A stretch of DNA of 63,475 nt, the filler included, from Octopus bimaculoides (Eukaryota), in NCBI RefSeq assembly GCF_001194135.2. It is 5 parts of 4 records of this genome, joined end to end, with 100 filler letters (N's around TTAATTAATTAA, not from the genome) between each part and the next. Parts side by side here need not be neighbours in the genome. Positions count along the whole stretch, not along the records: positions 58,305 to 63,475 come from NC_068997.1; 4 more parts are not named here. One strand, written 5' to 3'. The notes below the pieces were generated by a model. That model saw only the letters and a list, made by a program, of their open reading frames with translations, did no database searches and was not told the DNA's origin. The position numbers and the translations under genes are program-made. Positions 61,428 to 63,475 of this stretch are shown piece after piece (the stretch's first letter is position 1; every line of letters starts with the position of its first letter).

Positions 61428-62723
61428 GCATGTAAGCATACATGCACGCACAACACTTTCACACATACACGTTTTGCATATGTACGTTTAATTTGAATCA
61501 ATGCCATACATGTCTTAGTTTCTAAAGCTTTAAATTTCCAAATTTTGGAAACGGTGTTGTGTTTCTGATATTTTTCTTTTATGTCCATTAAATTGAAGAT
61601 GATTTAAGGTTTCATCAAACAGGTGCGTATAAATGACTGCTTCACCTGAAATAAAGAAACGTTCTAATGGAATTACTTTGGAGGCGATTCCCTGCATGTC
61701 CAGAATCCAGTAAAAGAACAATGTATGTATGTATGTATGTATATATGTATGTAGGTATTTATGTATGTTTGTTTGTATGTATGTATGAATGGATGGATGG
61801 ATGGAAAGATGTTTGTATATATGTTTCTATGTATGGATAAATGTGTGTATGGATAGATCTATGTATGTAACATGTATATAAGTATGTATCGATAGATGTT
61901 TGTATGGATATATGTATGTATGAAAAACACGCAGAAAAAATTCTTATCGAAATATATAGATTCATAAAGTCGCGTATATTCCACAGAAATCTTCTCTAAC
62001 AGACTCGGTTATAATTTCAGGAGTATATAAATCTTAAAAATTCAGGAGGTATGAGATGTGGATGCATTCATCTAACCACTTGACATCCTTAAGATTACGG
62101 CCCTAGAGTAGGTAAAATAAGCTTGGTATGGTCAGAAAAAGTGGAGGTATATTGATTCAATTCAATTAAGGTGCGTGATCTAAGTTCAGAGTACTCATCA
62201 CCTTTAATTATAACAGAAAACCGCAATGGATATAAAAATGAAGTAAAGTAGTTATGATAATTATAAATAAATAACTTTGAAAAGTATATAAGAGTATATA
62301 TGAAAATTAGTATAAATGAATTAAATACGGAATGGACAGCTGGAGATATAAGAATAAACAAAGAAATATCACAAAGAGCAGTTATTTTAAAATACATTTA
62401 AAAAGTCAAAAGAACACACATAAAACTTGTAAACGTTCATTGTTATCGCATTTTCTAAACACAACTCGAAATATGTTCTAGACAAATACACATACCTACA
62501 TACGTTATGTGCCTTCCTACGTATGTATGTATGTATGTATGTATGTATGTATTGTATGTATGTATTGTAGTAATAATATGAAAACGGTGATAAGTTAAAA
62601 TATGCAAATATAAGGAAATAGTAGTCATGTGAAGACTCGAGACATACTTAATTTATTAGAAGATGAAAATTTACTATTCAGCCTTCGACTCAAGTGGCAC
62701 TGATATAGCAGAGAACACACAAC

Positions 62724-62755
<32 letters not shown>

Positions 62756-63475
62756 TGTATATAGGTAGGTAGGTAGGTAGGTAGAAAGTAGTTTTATATC
62801 CGCGTGTATTAACATTAACACACACACAGAGAAACACACACATGCATACACATGTATACGTACGTATGTATATATTTATGTATGCGTTTACGGTGTGAGT
62901 GCATGCGCGGGTGCATGTGGAGTCTGTTTCCTTGAAGAGTCGGAAAGCATTGAAAGCCAATCTGTACCCTCCGTAACTTGATTGGTCGACTGCAGTCGAT
63001 ACATGAAACGTTATACCAATCATTGATCAATCCAATGTAAACGATTCAGGGAACAATACACACAAATGCATACACACGCACACGCACATGCACACACTCG
63101 CGCGCACACGCACATACATATACAAGCACAAGCATACACAAATGGGAGTTTATTCATACATGTCTCTATATATACATACCTACAGCACACGCAGACAAGT
63201 AAGCAGACACATGTACAAACAATTATGCATAAAAGCACAATTTGTGCACGATTGTAGAATTACCTCCAAAGAATATCAAATATTCTTTTCCTGATTGGTC
63301 CGTTACTTTTCGAGAATACTTCATTTTTGACATTATCTCTCCTTTCTATATGAAACTGGCCTTGGTAGTGTAATTTTTAAAAGACATTTTTTTTTAAAAT
63401 CAAGTATTGTGTGAAGGTATATTTGATACACCTACCTTTGTCCATACGTAAGTCTGCACACGTACCCCCCCCCCC

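Noticed and set aside
61500-62201. Two candidate minus-strand exons (62201-62099 GDEYSELRSR...; from about 61650 GEAVIYTHLF...)
   Set aside because: Splice-like signals exist, but joining them creates an immediate stop and neither peptide is recognisable.

Overview
AT-rich, repeat-saturated animal DNA with about 21 N-gap sites, most flanked by microsatellites. The repeat content (several tRNA-headed SINE families, (TA)n/(CA)n/(AG)n/(TAGA)n tracts) looks to me like an octopus genome; this is recognition, not a database result. I cannot support any host protein-coding exon, and most ORF-track entries are translations of microsatellites and gaps. The window is a dense collection of decayed mobile elements: RTE, CR1, BovB-like, R4/Dong-like and CRE-like non-LTR fragments, two hAT transposase relics, mariner/Tc1 and Tigger-like elements, and more than 25 SINE copies. 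The most interesting structure is a Penelope-like element at 2504-4498. It has a C-terminal GIY-YIG endonuclease, an internally inverted RT segment, and inverted pseudo-LTR-like ends that each carry a minimal hammerhead-ribozyme motif. Other notable items: a 3' tail shared between a SINE subfamily and a longer element bearing three phased GATC hairpins; head-to-tail SINE arrays with nested insertions; inverted SINE pairs (potential dsRNA); a foldback mariner; and several cryptic satellites and hairpins. All translations and alignments were done by eye, and boundaries are approximate unless exact sequence is quoted.
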